A stretch of 64,000 bases of DNA. Source: Octopus sinensis (Eukaryota). Each line of letters begins with the position of its first letter. Within the stretch, counting starts at the first letter, position 1. The DNA is taken from NCBI RefSeq assembly GCF_006345805.1, contig NC_043012.1:53878001-53942000 (forward strand). Reading direction: 5' to 3'. Made by a program: the position numbers and the translations under genes. Positions 14,915 to 26,880 of the stretch are shown piece by piece. The notes beneath the pieces are model-generated. The model worked only from the letters and a program-made list of their open reading frames with translations, had not been told where the DNA came from and did no database searches.

Positions 14915-15245
14915 AGGCACATGGCTCAGTGGTGAGAGCGTCGAGCTTACGATCGTGAGGTTGTGAATTCGATTCCCGGACTGGGTTGCGTGTCGTGTTC
15001 TTGAGCAAGACGCTTTATTTCACGTTGCTCCAGTTAATTCAGCTGTAGAAATGAGTTGCGACATCACAAGTGCCAAGCTATATCAGCCTTTGCCTTTCCC
15101 TTAGATAACATCAATGGTGTGGAGAGGGGATACCGATATGCGTGAGCGACTGCTGGTCTTCCATAAACAACCTTGTTCGGACTTGTGCCTCGAAGGGTAA
15201 CTTTCTAAGTGCAATTCCATGGCCATTCATGACCGAAGGGGGTCT

Positions 15246-15246
<1 letters not shown>
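14915..15246 (+). mobile_element. SINE family D (tRNA-like head, CORE-like CTTGAGCAAG segment)
   Basis: Aligns end to end with 49838-50166. Confidence 0.85.
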
Positions 15247-15316
<70 letters not shown>

Positions 15317-15686
15317 AAGTTAATCCAAACAAGAAAGCACAAAAAAACACAACGTGAAGACGTGGAACAAATATTGTATTATTGGACGCTCAGGAAAGAA
15401 GGAGGGTTTAACGTTTCGAGCGGAGCTCTTCGTCGGAAACATGGGTGAAGGAAAGATCCAGAGAAGGAAAGACAGAGGAAAATATATATATATATATATA
15501 TATAAGTAGTTGAATGAATTATCTTAGTATGGATAATTCGGTTAACCGATACCTGGGTAGCAAATTCACGTCAGAAAATACGGTTGAAGCTACATGCCAA
15601 GGGCAGAGATCACGTGCTTTCGTGTGGAAATTGTGTGTTTTTTAATACAAATAAATGAAAGAATGGAGTTGAACGACGATTTAACA

Positions 15687-15791
15687 AAATTCCTTTATTC
15701 TCGACATATGTTTCGAAGGCTGCATATTCCTAATTTCGAAGGAATAAGGAGTGCATTATGCCGCCTTCTCATCAGGAAAAACAAGGAACTT
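15687..15791 (-). ncRNA. Type I hammerhead ribozyme (left arm, mirror copy)
   Basis: Reverse complement of the 15865-15969 fold. One substitution lies in the stem II loop; core TCATCAG is at 15769-75. Confidence 0.85.
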
Positions 15792-15864
15792 ATGTCAGCA
15801 TCAAGATGAACAAAAACTTTTAGATGACTGCCCACACGGAGCCCGTTCATCTTGATGCTGACAT

Positions 15865-15969
15865 AAGTTCCTTGTTTTTCCTGATGAGAAGGCGGCATAA
15901 TGCACCCCTTATTCCTTCGAAATTAGGAATATGCAGCCTTCGAAACATATGTCGAGAATAAAGGAATTT
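15865..15969 (+). ncRNA. Type I hammerhead ribozyme (right arm of inverted repeat)
   Basis: CTGATGA 15881-87; stem II GAAGGC/GCCTTC with inner GCATA/TATGC and ATTCCT/AGGAAT; GAAAC-ATAT-GTC 15942-53; stem I TTCCTTGTTTTTC / GAGAATAAAGGAA with a 2x2 internal loop. Confidence 0.85.
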
Positions 15970-16002
15970 TGTTAAATCGTCGTTCAACTCCATTCTTTCA
16001 TA

Positions 16003-16074
<72 letters not shown>

Positions 16075-16324
16075 CCAGGACTAGAGTGTTTGTTAGTGTG
16101 TCTTTTTGTCTGTCCGATGTGAGTTAAATTTGAAAATACATTCAGGCGTTGGCTGAAATAAATACTTTTGCGTTGATAACGAAATGAATAGACCACCATT
16201 ACTTTCTCTCACTCAAGAAAACATTGAAATCACAAAACAAGTACCATAAAAGTACTCTATGTCAAGGATATTGCAGTTTTTTTTTCTCACCAAAATGCTT
16301 TTTCGCTTCTATAATTTATTTTTC

Positions 16325-16828
16325 TACTCTGTTACTTGCTTCAATCCAGTCGCTAGACTGCGGCCATGCCGGAGCACAGCCTTAAATAGTTTTAGTCAAA
16401 CAAATCGACCACAGAACTCATTCTTTGTAAGCCTAGTACTTATTTTATCGGACACTTTTGCCGAACTGCTAGAATACGGTGACGCATATATACCAACATC
16501 GGTTGTCAAGCGATGGTGGGAGGACAAACACAGACACAAGCATAGATACATATGTATCTATGTTTTAAGGCGGCGAGCTGGCAGAAACGTTAATACGCCG
16601 GGCGAAATGCTTAGCATTATTTCGTCTGCCGTTACGTTCTGAGTTTTAATTCCACCGAGGTCGACATTGCCTTTCATCCTTTTGGGGTCGATAAATTAAG
16701 TACCAATTGCGTACTGGTATCGATGCAATCGACTTAATCCTTTTGTCTGTCCTTGTTTTTCCCTCTGTGTTTAGCCCCTTGTGGGCAATAAAAAAATAAC
16801 AAATATAGATACATATACGTATCTATGT

Positions 16829-16894
<66 letters not shown>

Positions 16895-17022
16895 GACGGT
16901 CATTTTACAGTTTCCGTCTACCAAATCCACTCACAAGGCTTTGGTTGGCCAAGGTGCAAAACAGTGGGATTGAACCCGGAACTATGTGGTTGGGAAAAAA
17001 GGCCTCTTACCACACAGCCACA
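16325..17022 (-). mobile_element. SINE family A with nested family C copy (16566-16800, +)
   Basis: A tail at 16325-16560 and A head at 16900-17022 flank a complete opposite-strand C element. Confidence 0.8.
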
Positions 17023-17164
17023 TCGAGGATTCTTTATCGGTGCATTGTTCCACTATTTTATTAACACTGGTCAGGTGATTACCAAAAGTTAGCCCCGGTG
17101 AAATTTAACTCAAAACGTAAAGGGCCACAAATAAATACCTTTGAATTTTATTCAACATTTAGCG

Positions 17165-17421
17165 TTTACTTGTCTCAGACATTGGACTGCAGCCATGTCA
17201 GGACATCACCTTGAAGGGGTTTAATCGAAGAAATCAACCCTAGTACTTAAGTTTTGATTTCCAGTCAAGTTTAGTACTTTCTAACGTTCTTTTTTACCGA
17301 ACAACCGCTAAGTTATATAGATGTAAACAAACCAATGCCAGTCGTCAAGCGGTAGTGTTGAGTGGAAAACACAGACACAAGCTACGCACATTTGTATGTG
17401 TTATATATACGTATATATATA

Positions 17422-17464
<43 letters not shown>

Positions 17465-17605
17465 CATACATACAACAGGGTTTCACACAGTTTTCGTCTA
17501 CCAAATGCACACGCAATGGTCGGTCCGGAGCTACAGTAGAAGGCACTTGCTCAAGGTACCACGCAGTGGGACTGAACCTGAAACTACTTGGTTGCATAGT
17601 GAGCT
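17165..17605 (-). mobile_element. SINE family A, diverged
   Basis: Same head, microsatellite and tail layout. Confidence 0.7.
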
Positions 17606-17661
17606 TATGAACCACACACCCATAATATTTCTTCATATTTGTTGTTTTTGTTTTCTAAAGA

Positions 17662-17875
17662 AGGCAGCGAGCTGGCAGTATCGTTAGCACGTCGGGTGAA
17701 ACGCTTAGCGGCCTTTCGTCTGTCTTTACATTCTGAGTTCAAATTCCGCCGAGGTCCATATTGCCTTTCGTTCTTTCGCAGTCGATCAAATAAGTACCAG
17801 TTGAGCATTGAGTTGATGTAATCGACTCACCTCTTCCGCAAATTGCTGGCCTTGTGCCAAAATTTGAAACCAATA
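17662..17875 (+). mobile_element. SINE family C, alternative 3' end
   Basis: Same head; tail GCTGGCCTTGTGCCAAAATTTG. Similar copies at 18292-18500, 46134-46330 and 51927-52135. Confidence 0.75.
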
Positions 17876-18527
17876 ATCCTTCTAAACTCCAGCATTCTTA
17901 TGCACGCGTAAAGTACTAACTCATTAAAATACAAATGAGGTTTGAACATTTTTCTCATGGTTCATATACACAAACTATTTCATACTAAGACATGAAATTC
18001 AACAAAATGCTCTTTTCTTTTGCTTTATAAAGAACTCATTCTTTGAACCATGTAACCATCCCCTCAACAGTAAACTGGCTCCAGCATTATGATATAGCGA
18101 ATCAAGCAATTCTAATTTATTAAAATTACACACTTAATGGTTTGAAAGTATTGTTATCTAAATGATTAATTCATCTCAAGGGAATAACACCGGAATATAC
18201 ATTAATTACAATCAATATATTAAATTGGCGTATAAGCACCATAAAACATATATATCCACAGCATTTAAGAGCTAAATGACTAATACATCGAAGGCGGTGA
18301 GATGACAGAATCGTTAGCGCGCACGGATATATTATGTTCAGTGCTGTTTCTTCCGGTACTTAACGTTCTGAGCTCAAGTTCCTCCGAATTCGACGATGCG
18401 TTTCGTTCTTGATAAATAGCAAGTGATCACTGGGGTCGGTTTAATCAGCTTAACCCCGCACCAAAACTTGCTGGCCTTTTGCCAAAATTTGGAAGAATTA
18501 TTAACAAGTCCAACAAATTCTGACATG

Positions 18528-18963
18528 ATAAATGGAAAAATGTGGATTATATATACCTATTTCTATCAGATGTTGCTACACATCGCTGGTCACAATGCGC
18601 TTCGCATTGTTTTAGCCTTCAAATGACGCCACACCTCTGGCTAAGCGAGCAGGCCAACAGATAAATGGAAAAATGTGGATTATATATACCTATTTCTATC
18701 AGATGTTGCTACACATCGCTGGTCACAATGCGCTTCGCATTGTTTTAGCCTTCAAATGACGCCACACCACTGGCTAAGCGAGCAGGCCAACAGATAAATG
18801 GAAAAATGTGGATTATATATACCTATTTCTATCAGATGTTGCTACACATCGCTGGTCACAATGCGCTTCGCATTGTTTTAGCCTTCAAATGACGCCACAC
18901 CGCTGGCTACGCGAGCAGGCCAACAGATAAATGGAAAAATGTGGATTATATATACCTATTTCT
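18528..18963. repeat. 133-bp tandem repeat, 3.3 units
   Basis: Units start at 18528, 18661, 18794 and 18927 and are nearly identical. Confidence 0.97.
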
Positions 18964-19140
18964 TTACTACCCACAAGGGGCTAAACACAGAGGGGACAAA
19001 CAAGGACAGACAAACAGATTAAGTCAATTATATCGACCCCAATGCGTAACTGGTACTTATTTAATCGACCCCGAAAGGATGAAAGGCAAAGTCGACCTCG
19101 GCGGAATTTGAACTCAGAATGTAGCGGCAGACGAAATATG
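18958..19140 (-). mobile_element. SINE family C body
   Basis: Matches the 10511-10690 unit. Confidence 0.85.
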
Positions 19141-19159
19141 TGTATTATATATACCACCG

Positions 19160-19445
19160 TGATCCCTGTGACCGACCAGGCTATCAGATGTTGCTACACA
19201 TCGCTGGTCACAATGCGCTTCGTATTGTTTTAGCCTTCAAATGACGCCACACCACTGGCTAAGCGAGCAGGCCAACAGAAGAAAGAGTGAGAGAAAGTTG
19301 CAGCAAAAGAGTACAGCAGGGTACACCACCAACCCCTGTTGGAGCCTCGTGGAGCTTTAGGTATTTCGCTCAATAAACATTCACAACGCCCGGTCTGGGA
19401 ATCGAAACCGCGATCCTACAACTGCGAGTCCGCTGTCCTAACCAC
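19160..19445 (-). mobile_element. SINE family B
   Basis: Reverse head and body, with a tail that donates sequence to the 133-bp array. Confidence 0.8.
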
Positions 19446-19494
19446 TTTATATATATATACATATAGATAGATAGAGAGGGAGAGAGGGGAGGAG

Positions 19495-20110
19495 CTGGCG
19501 TGGCTGTGTGGTAAGAAGTTTGTTTCCCAACCACGTGGTATAGGTTCAGTCGCACTACGTGGTCACTTGAGCAAGTATTTTCTGCTATATCTCCAGGCCG
19601 ACCCAAGGTTTCTGGGTGGATTTGGTGGGCGGAAACTGAAAGGCGGTGAGCTGGCAAAATCGTTAACACGCCGGGCGAAATGCTTAACGGTGTCTCGTCT
19701 GCCGTTACGCTCTGAGTTCAAATTCCGCCGAGGTCGACTTTACCTTTCATCCTTTTGGGGTCGATTAAATAAGTGCCAGTTACCCACCGGGGTCGATGTA
19801 ATCCACTTAATCCGTTTGCCTGTCCTTGTTTGTCCCCTCTATGTGTAGCCCCTTGTGGGTAGTAAAGAAATAGGAAATTGAAAGAAGCTCGTGACGCGTG
19901 TGTGTGCCTTTGAGAGTGTGTTTGTACACCACCGCCAATTGACAACTGGTATTGGTTCATTTACGTCCCCGAAACCTAGCAGTTTGGCAAAGAAATCAGG
20001 AAAAAGCAGTAGGCTTTACGAAAAAGAATAATTACTGGGGTCGATATGGTCAACTAAAATTCTTCTAGGCGGTGCTCCAGCATGGCAGCAGTTTAATGAC
20101 TGAAATAAAT
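19495..20110 (+). mobile_element. SINE family A with nested family C copy (19643-19875)
   Basis: A head ends at GGAAACTGAA, then a full C element, then a decayed A tail. Confidence 0.75.
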
Positions 20111-21190
20111 TGAGAGATAAAAGCTAACAATAAGGGAATAACTCTAGGCAAGTTTAGGTCTTATTGAACCTCATCAGTAAAGTAATTATCGCAATGTCAC
20201 TGCAGAATGACTTACTAAAAATGTACAATATGAGAGAGTTGACAGTGAGAAATGTGAAATTTGGTCGGTCAATTAAAGTTGTGTAATACATCTTGGTTAT
20301 TGCACAACAGTCTTGTAGAAAACGTAGAACGGCATTCATAGGTTTTTGTCGATCATACTAGAATAATTACTTATTTAGATTTGTAGTGGGTAATTTAGTC
20401 ACTAATTGTGTAGTAGGATTACTAGACTACATGCTACAAATAGCACTTATACTGACAGGTTATAATTTCTGAGTGCATGCGCACGCATAAACCCACTAGC
20501 GCATGCGCGGACATAAACAATGCACGCTCATGCAAACAGCTTTATACTCTGTTCCACCGTTAGACACAAGGAATGCTTATTCGACTGTTTTCAACTGAAA
20601 ACGAAAATGCAAATGAAGTTCAAATACTAGATGAATGGCGCTCTACAAGCGAATACTCCTCCCCCCTCTCTCTCTCTCTCTCTCTATCTCTTTCTTTCTT
20701 TCTTCTCTTCTCTTTCTCTCACGTACACACATACACACACACGCATTCTTTCTCTCACTCACTCCTTTGTTTTGCAATTTGATAAGTCGAGCGGGGAATT
20801 GTTTTAATGTCATACGCCAGTTATAGAAATGTTATAATTTGTCATTTAATCTTGTTACTCCACAGCGTCAATGAGAAGGATTAAATTCCTTCCCTCCTTC
20901 CCAAAGAAGAAATAAACCAAAAGTGAAAATAAGTTGTGACCTTGACACATAAAAGCATAAATTAACAATTCAATCCCACTTTACATTTTGAGGTAAAAGC
21001 ATAATTACTCGTAATTAAACAGCTTCCAACAATATATTGAAACTTCACGCTTGCATTGTACCACAGCATATTTCATTGCCTTACCACATTGATTTCTTCG
21101 GAAGAATAAAATATACCATGATCCCTTCTAGGGTGTAAGTGATTGGCACTGCAGAAAAAAAGGTTAAAAAACCAACAATGAGATCCGGTT

Positions 21191-21270
21191 TCTGAGTTAA
21201 TGCTCTAAATGAGTTAATCTCTGAGTTAATGCTCTAAATGAGTTAATCTCTGAGTTAATGCTCTAAATGA
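21191..21270. repeat. 29-bp tandem repeat, 2.8 units
   Basis: TCTGAGTTAATGCTCTAAATGAGTTAATC starting at 21191, 21220 and 21249. Confidence 0.95.
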
Positions 21271-21644
21271 AATTTTTAAATCAGACATGGTGTTGAAACC
21301 GAATCACTGTTTAAATCCGGTTATGTTATTTTAAGACACAGACTTAGTTTTATTTTTGACTGTCTACCAAAGTATTTACTCACTATGAGCTAAGGTATGA
21401 GACGTCTATTAAGCCTATTCTAATATATCGGGATCTTTTCTATAGTCATAGGAAACTAGTTAGACCTGATCGATGCAAGTTCCTAGCTATGAATGTTAAC
21501 TACAACAATGCAACTGTGGCCGCAGCTAAAAAAAAAAGGCGATTATCGAAATAAATGATTTCACTATATTTGCACCACTAATTCTCACAGAAAGGCATGA
21601 ATACCGGTTTCAAATTATAGCAGAAGACCAGCAAGCTTAGGGGA

Positions 21645-21825
21645 TGTGGGGGGTAAGTCGATTACATCGGCTCCAGTGTTCAACTGGTAGTTATTTTATC
21701 GTTCCCTAAATGATGAAAGGCAAAGTCAAACTCGCTGGAATTTGAACGCAGAACATAAAGACGGACGAAATACAGCTAAGCATTTTTGCCCGGTGTGCTA
21801 ACGATTCTGCCAGCTCGACGCCTTA
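21645..21825 (-). mobile_element. SINE family C
   Basis: Reverse head and body. Confidence 0.75.
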
Positions 21826-22266
21826 GATAAGTTATGAATCTCAAAATTGGCATTACTATGACTTGTAAATATCTGGTATTGATTCTTATTTATAAAAGCA
21901 ATACTATTACTTCCGATGTATATCCAATTGATGGTCAACGTTATATTTCATATACAATCATATATGTATTGACACTAGCAACTTGTGGCCTGATTAAATG
22001 ACTTTATATAATACTTGAACTATCTCTCATTACAAGCCATCGTTTTTATAAAAGTAAGCAAGTTGTTCATTTGCTCATTCGCCTGTGAATGTTATAAAAC
22101 TCGTAAACTAAGAGAACTTATTCTCTTGTGAGGAGAGATGGCTCCTGACATTTGGAGCATAACTGTTCTTCGAAGCGTATACATTTAATAACCTAACTTG
22201 TTTCCACAAGTTTATATCATTCTCTAAAGAATAAAGATGCACATTGTTTTAATCAGTAGTAAATAT

Positions 22267-22337
22267 ATGGTGGAGGCAAGAGTTGTGCAGTGGTTGTTGT
22301 TGCTGCATTTTAGACCCAGCCATGGCCACCTTTGAAG
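22267..22337 (+). CDS. Candidate first coding exon of the ITIH-like gene (unresolved)
   Basis: ATG 22267 gives signal-like MVEARVVQWLLLLHF but reaches TGA at 22333. ATG 22322 in a GCCATGG context gives MATFE-G with donor AG|GTAATG at 22338. That donor is phase-compatible with the alternative acceptor at 30121. Confidence 0.3.
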
Positions 22338-22796
22338 GTAATGTGTGCTTTAGTTTACGTTAGCCAATGAGTTCGTGCTCAAAGTTGGTATAGGTGCGAT
22401 ATAAGGGAGATTTTCCTACTAATTCCGTCAAATCGAGCGTCTATATAAGGGCTTCTTTACTGGTTTGTATATCATGGATATGTATTCTGATCTGAGTTCT
22501 GAATAAAGTTCCTTTTCTAGCTATGAACAATTTTTCTTCACTAAAAGCATTTGGAGTTTATCTTCGTGGGGGAAAATTTCAAAGGTGACAAATGTTCTGT
22601 CTATAAATTAGCTTGATACCAATATCCCTTTTATAGACAATTCACCCGACCAGACTCCTTGTCATACTCCATCAAAAGAAATACACAGGCCACAAATGAA
22701 AGAACATATATAAAATATGTTTCTGAAGTGAAGTTTCTTAGACATAGAAAAAGTGTCTGCAATTCATTTTTTTTTTAAATGATATTCTTTGCTAAT

Positions 22797-23202
22797 CTAG
22801 GCACAAGGCCCGAAATTTTGGAGGTAGGGGCCAGTCGATTAGTAGTTAACTGGTACCTAATTTATCGACCCCGAAAGGATGAAGGGCAAAGTCGGCCTCG
22901 GAAGAAATTGATCTCAGAGCGTAGACAGACGAAATACCTCTAAGCATTTAGCCCGGCGTGCTAACATTTCTTATTTCCTTATTGCTTAGAAGGGGCTAAA
23001 CATAGAGGGGACAAACAAGGACAGACAAACGGATTAAGTCGATTATATCGATCCCAGTGCGTAAATGGTACTTAATTTATCGACTCCGAAAGAATGAAAG
23101 CAAAGTCGACCTCGGCGGAATTTGTACTCAGAACGTAACGGTAGAGGAAATACCTCTAAGTATTTCGCCCGGCGTGCTAACGTTTCTGCCAGCTCGCCAC
23201 CT
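22797..23202 (-). mobile_element. SINE family C, tandem dimer
   Basis: Two reverse units. Confidence 0.85.
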
Positions 23203-24329
23203 TTTCTCAAAACGATATTGATGAAAATAAATTTGACGGGGGAAAGGAAGGCAATGGAGGGAATTGAAACCGCATTATAGTCTCGGTTTCATAAAACATT
23301 TACCCACACTCTTTACTGAGATCATATTTGAGGGCAGCGGAATATCAAAACTATTAGCGAACTGAAGATATAGCAGTTGGAAATATTTTATTTAATGTTT
23401 CGAATTCGGAATCCCATCGGTGACTGATCCTAGCTTCCTCGACCGTCTAAAATAGATGAAAAATCGGGCCTATGTCACAGTATCGATTTTATTGGCAATG
23501 GTTCTCACGACAAAATGTGTTTTTTTTTACGCAATTATCAGAAATGAAGATTTGAAATATGACAGAAATGTCAATACATTTTTATCGTGTCTGTTCTGCC
23601 CCTGAAATTATTATGTGTCGACTATGTTATAAATTGTACTGGTTTCAGGTCGCAAGAAAGGGAATCGCCAAAATTTAAGTTTGGCTGCAGCTGTCATATA
23701 GTTAGCTACCTTTAAGGAATATGATCCCTTGTGGTACTAATGAAATGAAGGGCAGAATAAGAAGAAAAATGCCTCAAATTATCCGACGTCTTTCTTTTAT
23801 GTCTGTGAGAAAGAGAATTCCAGAGAGTTCATATTTGAGGGAGCAAAGTTAAGCCCTAGTGTTTAGTGCAGGTGAATGAAGAGATATACAGAATACGTGA
23901 CGAAGGTATACACAATTTTCGGGTAAGATTGGGTACCGGTAGCATTCAGTTAGCCACCTTTGAGGTATAGCAGACGTTGTGGTAACGATAAAAAAGGGAC
24001 GCAGGAAAAGGAGACAACTTGTCTCTATTCAACTGAGTGGTTCTCTGTTTTGTACATGAGACAATTGTCTTGTGTCCATTGTGTCAATATACTTGTTGTG
24101 TACCAATTATATGAATATAAATGCTCTATAGCCATTATAATGATAAGATTGTTCAGTGTCCGTTATAGCAGTATAATTGCTCTGAATCTATTAATAATCA
24201 ATATTACTGTTATGTAACAGCTATAGCAATACAATTAAAATCTGGTTGTGGTGGTGGTGGTGGTGGTGTGAGTGTGTGTGTGTGTGTTGTTTAAATACAA
24301 CTGTTATGTGTCTGTCATTATGTTTCTTG

Positions 24330-26290
24330 TTTTGGTCTTGGGGAAGGGCATTGCTCAAGCGTACCGACACGGATGACACGAATCCTGTTAGTAGTTACAA
24401 ATCGACATCTACAGGAAAGTCAAGTACAAGCTGGACATTCCATAGACAATTATTCTGGAGAGAAAAGTCAAGGCTTAGTGGTTACATTAAATGGACAAAA
24501 TATGGTTGGCGAGAGAAGGAGAGACGAGTGCTTGAGTGGAGGTCGGACAAGATCAGCCAGCTCCGAGAAGCTTCTCTCTAACAGAGGTGGAAAAGACGGA
24601 GAAAAGAAACAATGACTGTTGACTAGAGTTTGGAGTGAATTAGTGAGCGAATTCACGCTAATAAGTCAGTTTATTATGTGTCGGAGTGGAGGCACATGGC
24701 CTAGTGGTTAGAGATGTGGATTCGCGGTCGTGGGATTGCGGGTTCGAATCTCAGACCGGCGATGTGTGTGTTTATGAGCGAAACACCTGAGCTCCACGCG
24801 CCTCCGGCAGAAGGCAATGGCGAACTTCTGCTGGCTCTTTCGCCACAACTTCCTCTCGCTCTTTCCTCCTGCATCTTGCAGCTCACCTGCGACGGACCGG
24901 CGTCCCGTCCAGATCGGGCACCTATACGCCAAGGAAACTGGGAAACTGGCCCCATGAGCCAAGCTGGCTCGAGAAGGAACAAACAAACAACAACAACAAT
25001 TATGTGTCGGAAGTGAAGCACCTGTGCTACTTGAAATGGTTAGACAATTCTTGTCAGCTAACTTCAAATGTCACAATTTTCGCTGTTGGTTTGTTTACGT
25101 TTCCTACCTTAAAGGTTCGGCAAAAGAAATCAATAAAATAAATGCGAAACTTTTAAAAAGTCTATTTATCCGACTATACCTTTCGCGCGCGCGTATGTGT
25201 GTGTGTGTGTTCTGTATAATTGAAGAGATTATGATGGTATGGCTGAAGTTTAGCTAGGAGGCAAAAACGTGTTCAATGATCTTCGGTGTTTGTATATGTC
25301 AGAAGTGTGTCTAAGAGACAAAAGTAGTTGCCGCAGAGAGGCGCAGAGGATTTTGAACGACTCAGTTTCTGCATTAGATGCATCAGAGCGCAAGAGCGTA
25401 AGAGCATCAGAGCGAAAGAGCGTAAGAGCCAAGAAGAGTTGTGAGTGCTGAAGTCGCCGAGGACGAGTATTTCAGAGATGGGTTGAAATAAGAGAGACTT
25501 CCTCGATGCAGGAAAAGAGATATGTTCTAAGAGTGATAGTTAGAACTCGGAGTACGGAAGAGAAAGCAGATACATTCAGGCGTGTGACAATGACGGAGAT
25601 TCGAGCCAGAATAACAGGAAGTGAGTAAACGAAGAGTGAGGCTTATAGATGAGCACACAACCCTTTTAGTGGAAACTTTAAGTAAAGAGTGAAGCTTAGA
25701 CATTGGGAAAAGACAACGGGTAAAGACAAGGAGTTGTGTCTCGAGGAGAATAAGATCTGGAGTGTGACTGTCAGTAAGAGATTGTGTAGAGATTTGGTTT
25801 GGAGTCCACGGATGCCATACGATGGAAAATTATCCAACGGGTTTAGTATTAGGTCTTGGAATCTAGGAAATTGCACAGGTTGTTACTGCGCCATGCATTC
25901 ACGGTAATTCCTCTCTAAAAGCCAGGTCTGGATACATATAGCACAACGAACGTCATCAAAGGCTTTCGATGACCAGAAGGTCAAGCCAAACAGGTTGGCG
26001 TGATTGGGTTATACAGATATATAGCTTTATTCTGGAGAAATGAATTCTAGAGCGTTGATATTAAGGGAAAGAACGATGAGCCATAGAATTAGTGCGGGGC
26101 CTAGAAAGAAAAACACAGTATATGTAACGAGAAGAGAATAGTGTGTTGGAAGAGGCGACATGTAGCTATCTCCGATGAGCAGACGACGTTGTAGTCGTGG
26201 TAGATGTGGAGAAATAGAGATAACACGTCTGTTGGCCAGAGATTGTAATCTGTTGGTTGAGATTTGTTGTCGATCAGCAGTGCCAAAGTG
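24330..26290 (-). mobile_element. Decayed LINE 5' region with APE endonuclease relic, interrupted by a SINE
   Basis: Minus-strand motifs across frameshifts: IRGL, PDLILLETQL and EILVLGDFSTHNSSWL (APE LGDFN.H motif). Outer limits uncertain. Confidence 0.55.
24686..24998 (+). mobile_element. SINE family B, full length with TSD
   Basis: (CAA)n tail and 13-bp TSD ATTATGTGTCGGA at 24673-85 and 24999-25011. Confidence 0.92.
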
Positions 26291-26356
26291 GAATCATTGA
26301 GTGTTCAGCAATAGCAATGCATATCTCTCTTATATACGTATATATATATATATATA

Positions 26357-26413
<57 letters not shown>

Positions 26414-26499
26414 CATACACACACAAACATATATATATATAAAATAGTAATGCAATACGAGAGTATTGCTTCCCAGTAAAGAATAGCCCGTGAGGGAAA

Positions 26500-26880
26500 A
26501 TTATACATAGAAGTAAATATATATATAAATATATATATAAGTATATATATATATATATATAAATATACATACACACTCAAACATATATATATAAATATAC
26601 ATACACACACAAATATATATATATAAATATACACACACACACAAATATATATATATATATATATAAATATACACACACACACAAACATATATATATATAA
26701 ATATACATACACACACAAACATATATATATATATATGTACGATAGATCGATTGTATATACAAAAGAGCTAAATATCTATAGCCCCATTCATATAACTATT
26801 TATCTATTGTACAATAGTAATGTTATATACATATAAATAAATAAATATACATACACACACAAACATGTATATATATATAC
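26500..26880. repeat. Roughly 30-bp TA/CA minisatellite (atatataaatatacatacacacacaaac)
   Basis: Repeated units with variable TA/CA runs; a related unit occurs reversed at 30830-30930. Confidence 0.85.

Larger units (their letters stand above)
15655..16001. repeat. 157-bp inverted repeat with 33-bp spacer (Penelope-like or retrozyme terminus)
   Basis: Arms 15655-15811 and 15845-16001 are reverse complements with one mismatch seen; each carries an HHR. Confidence 0.95.

Noticed and set aside
18528-18963. CRISPR-like periodicity
   Set aside because: Units are identical along their whole length with no unique spacers, and the context is eukaryotic with no cas genes.
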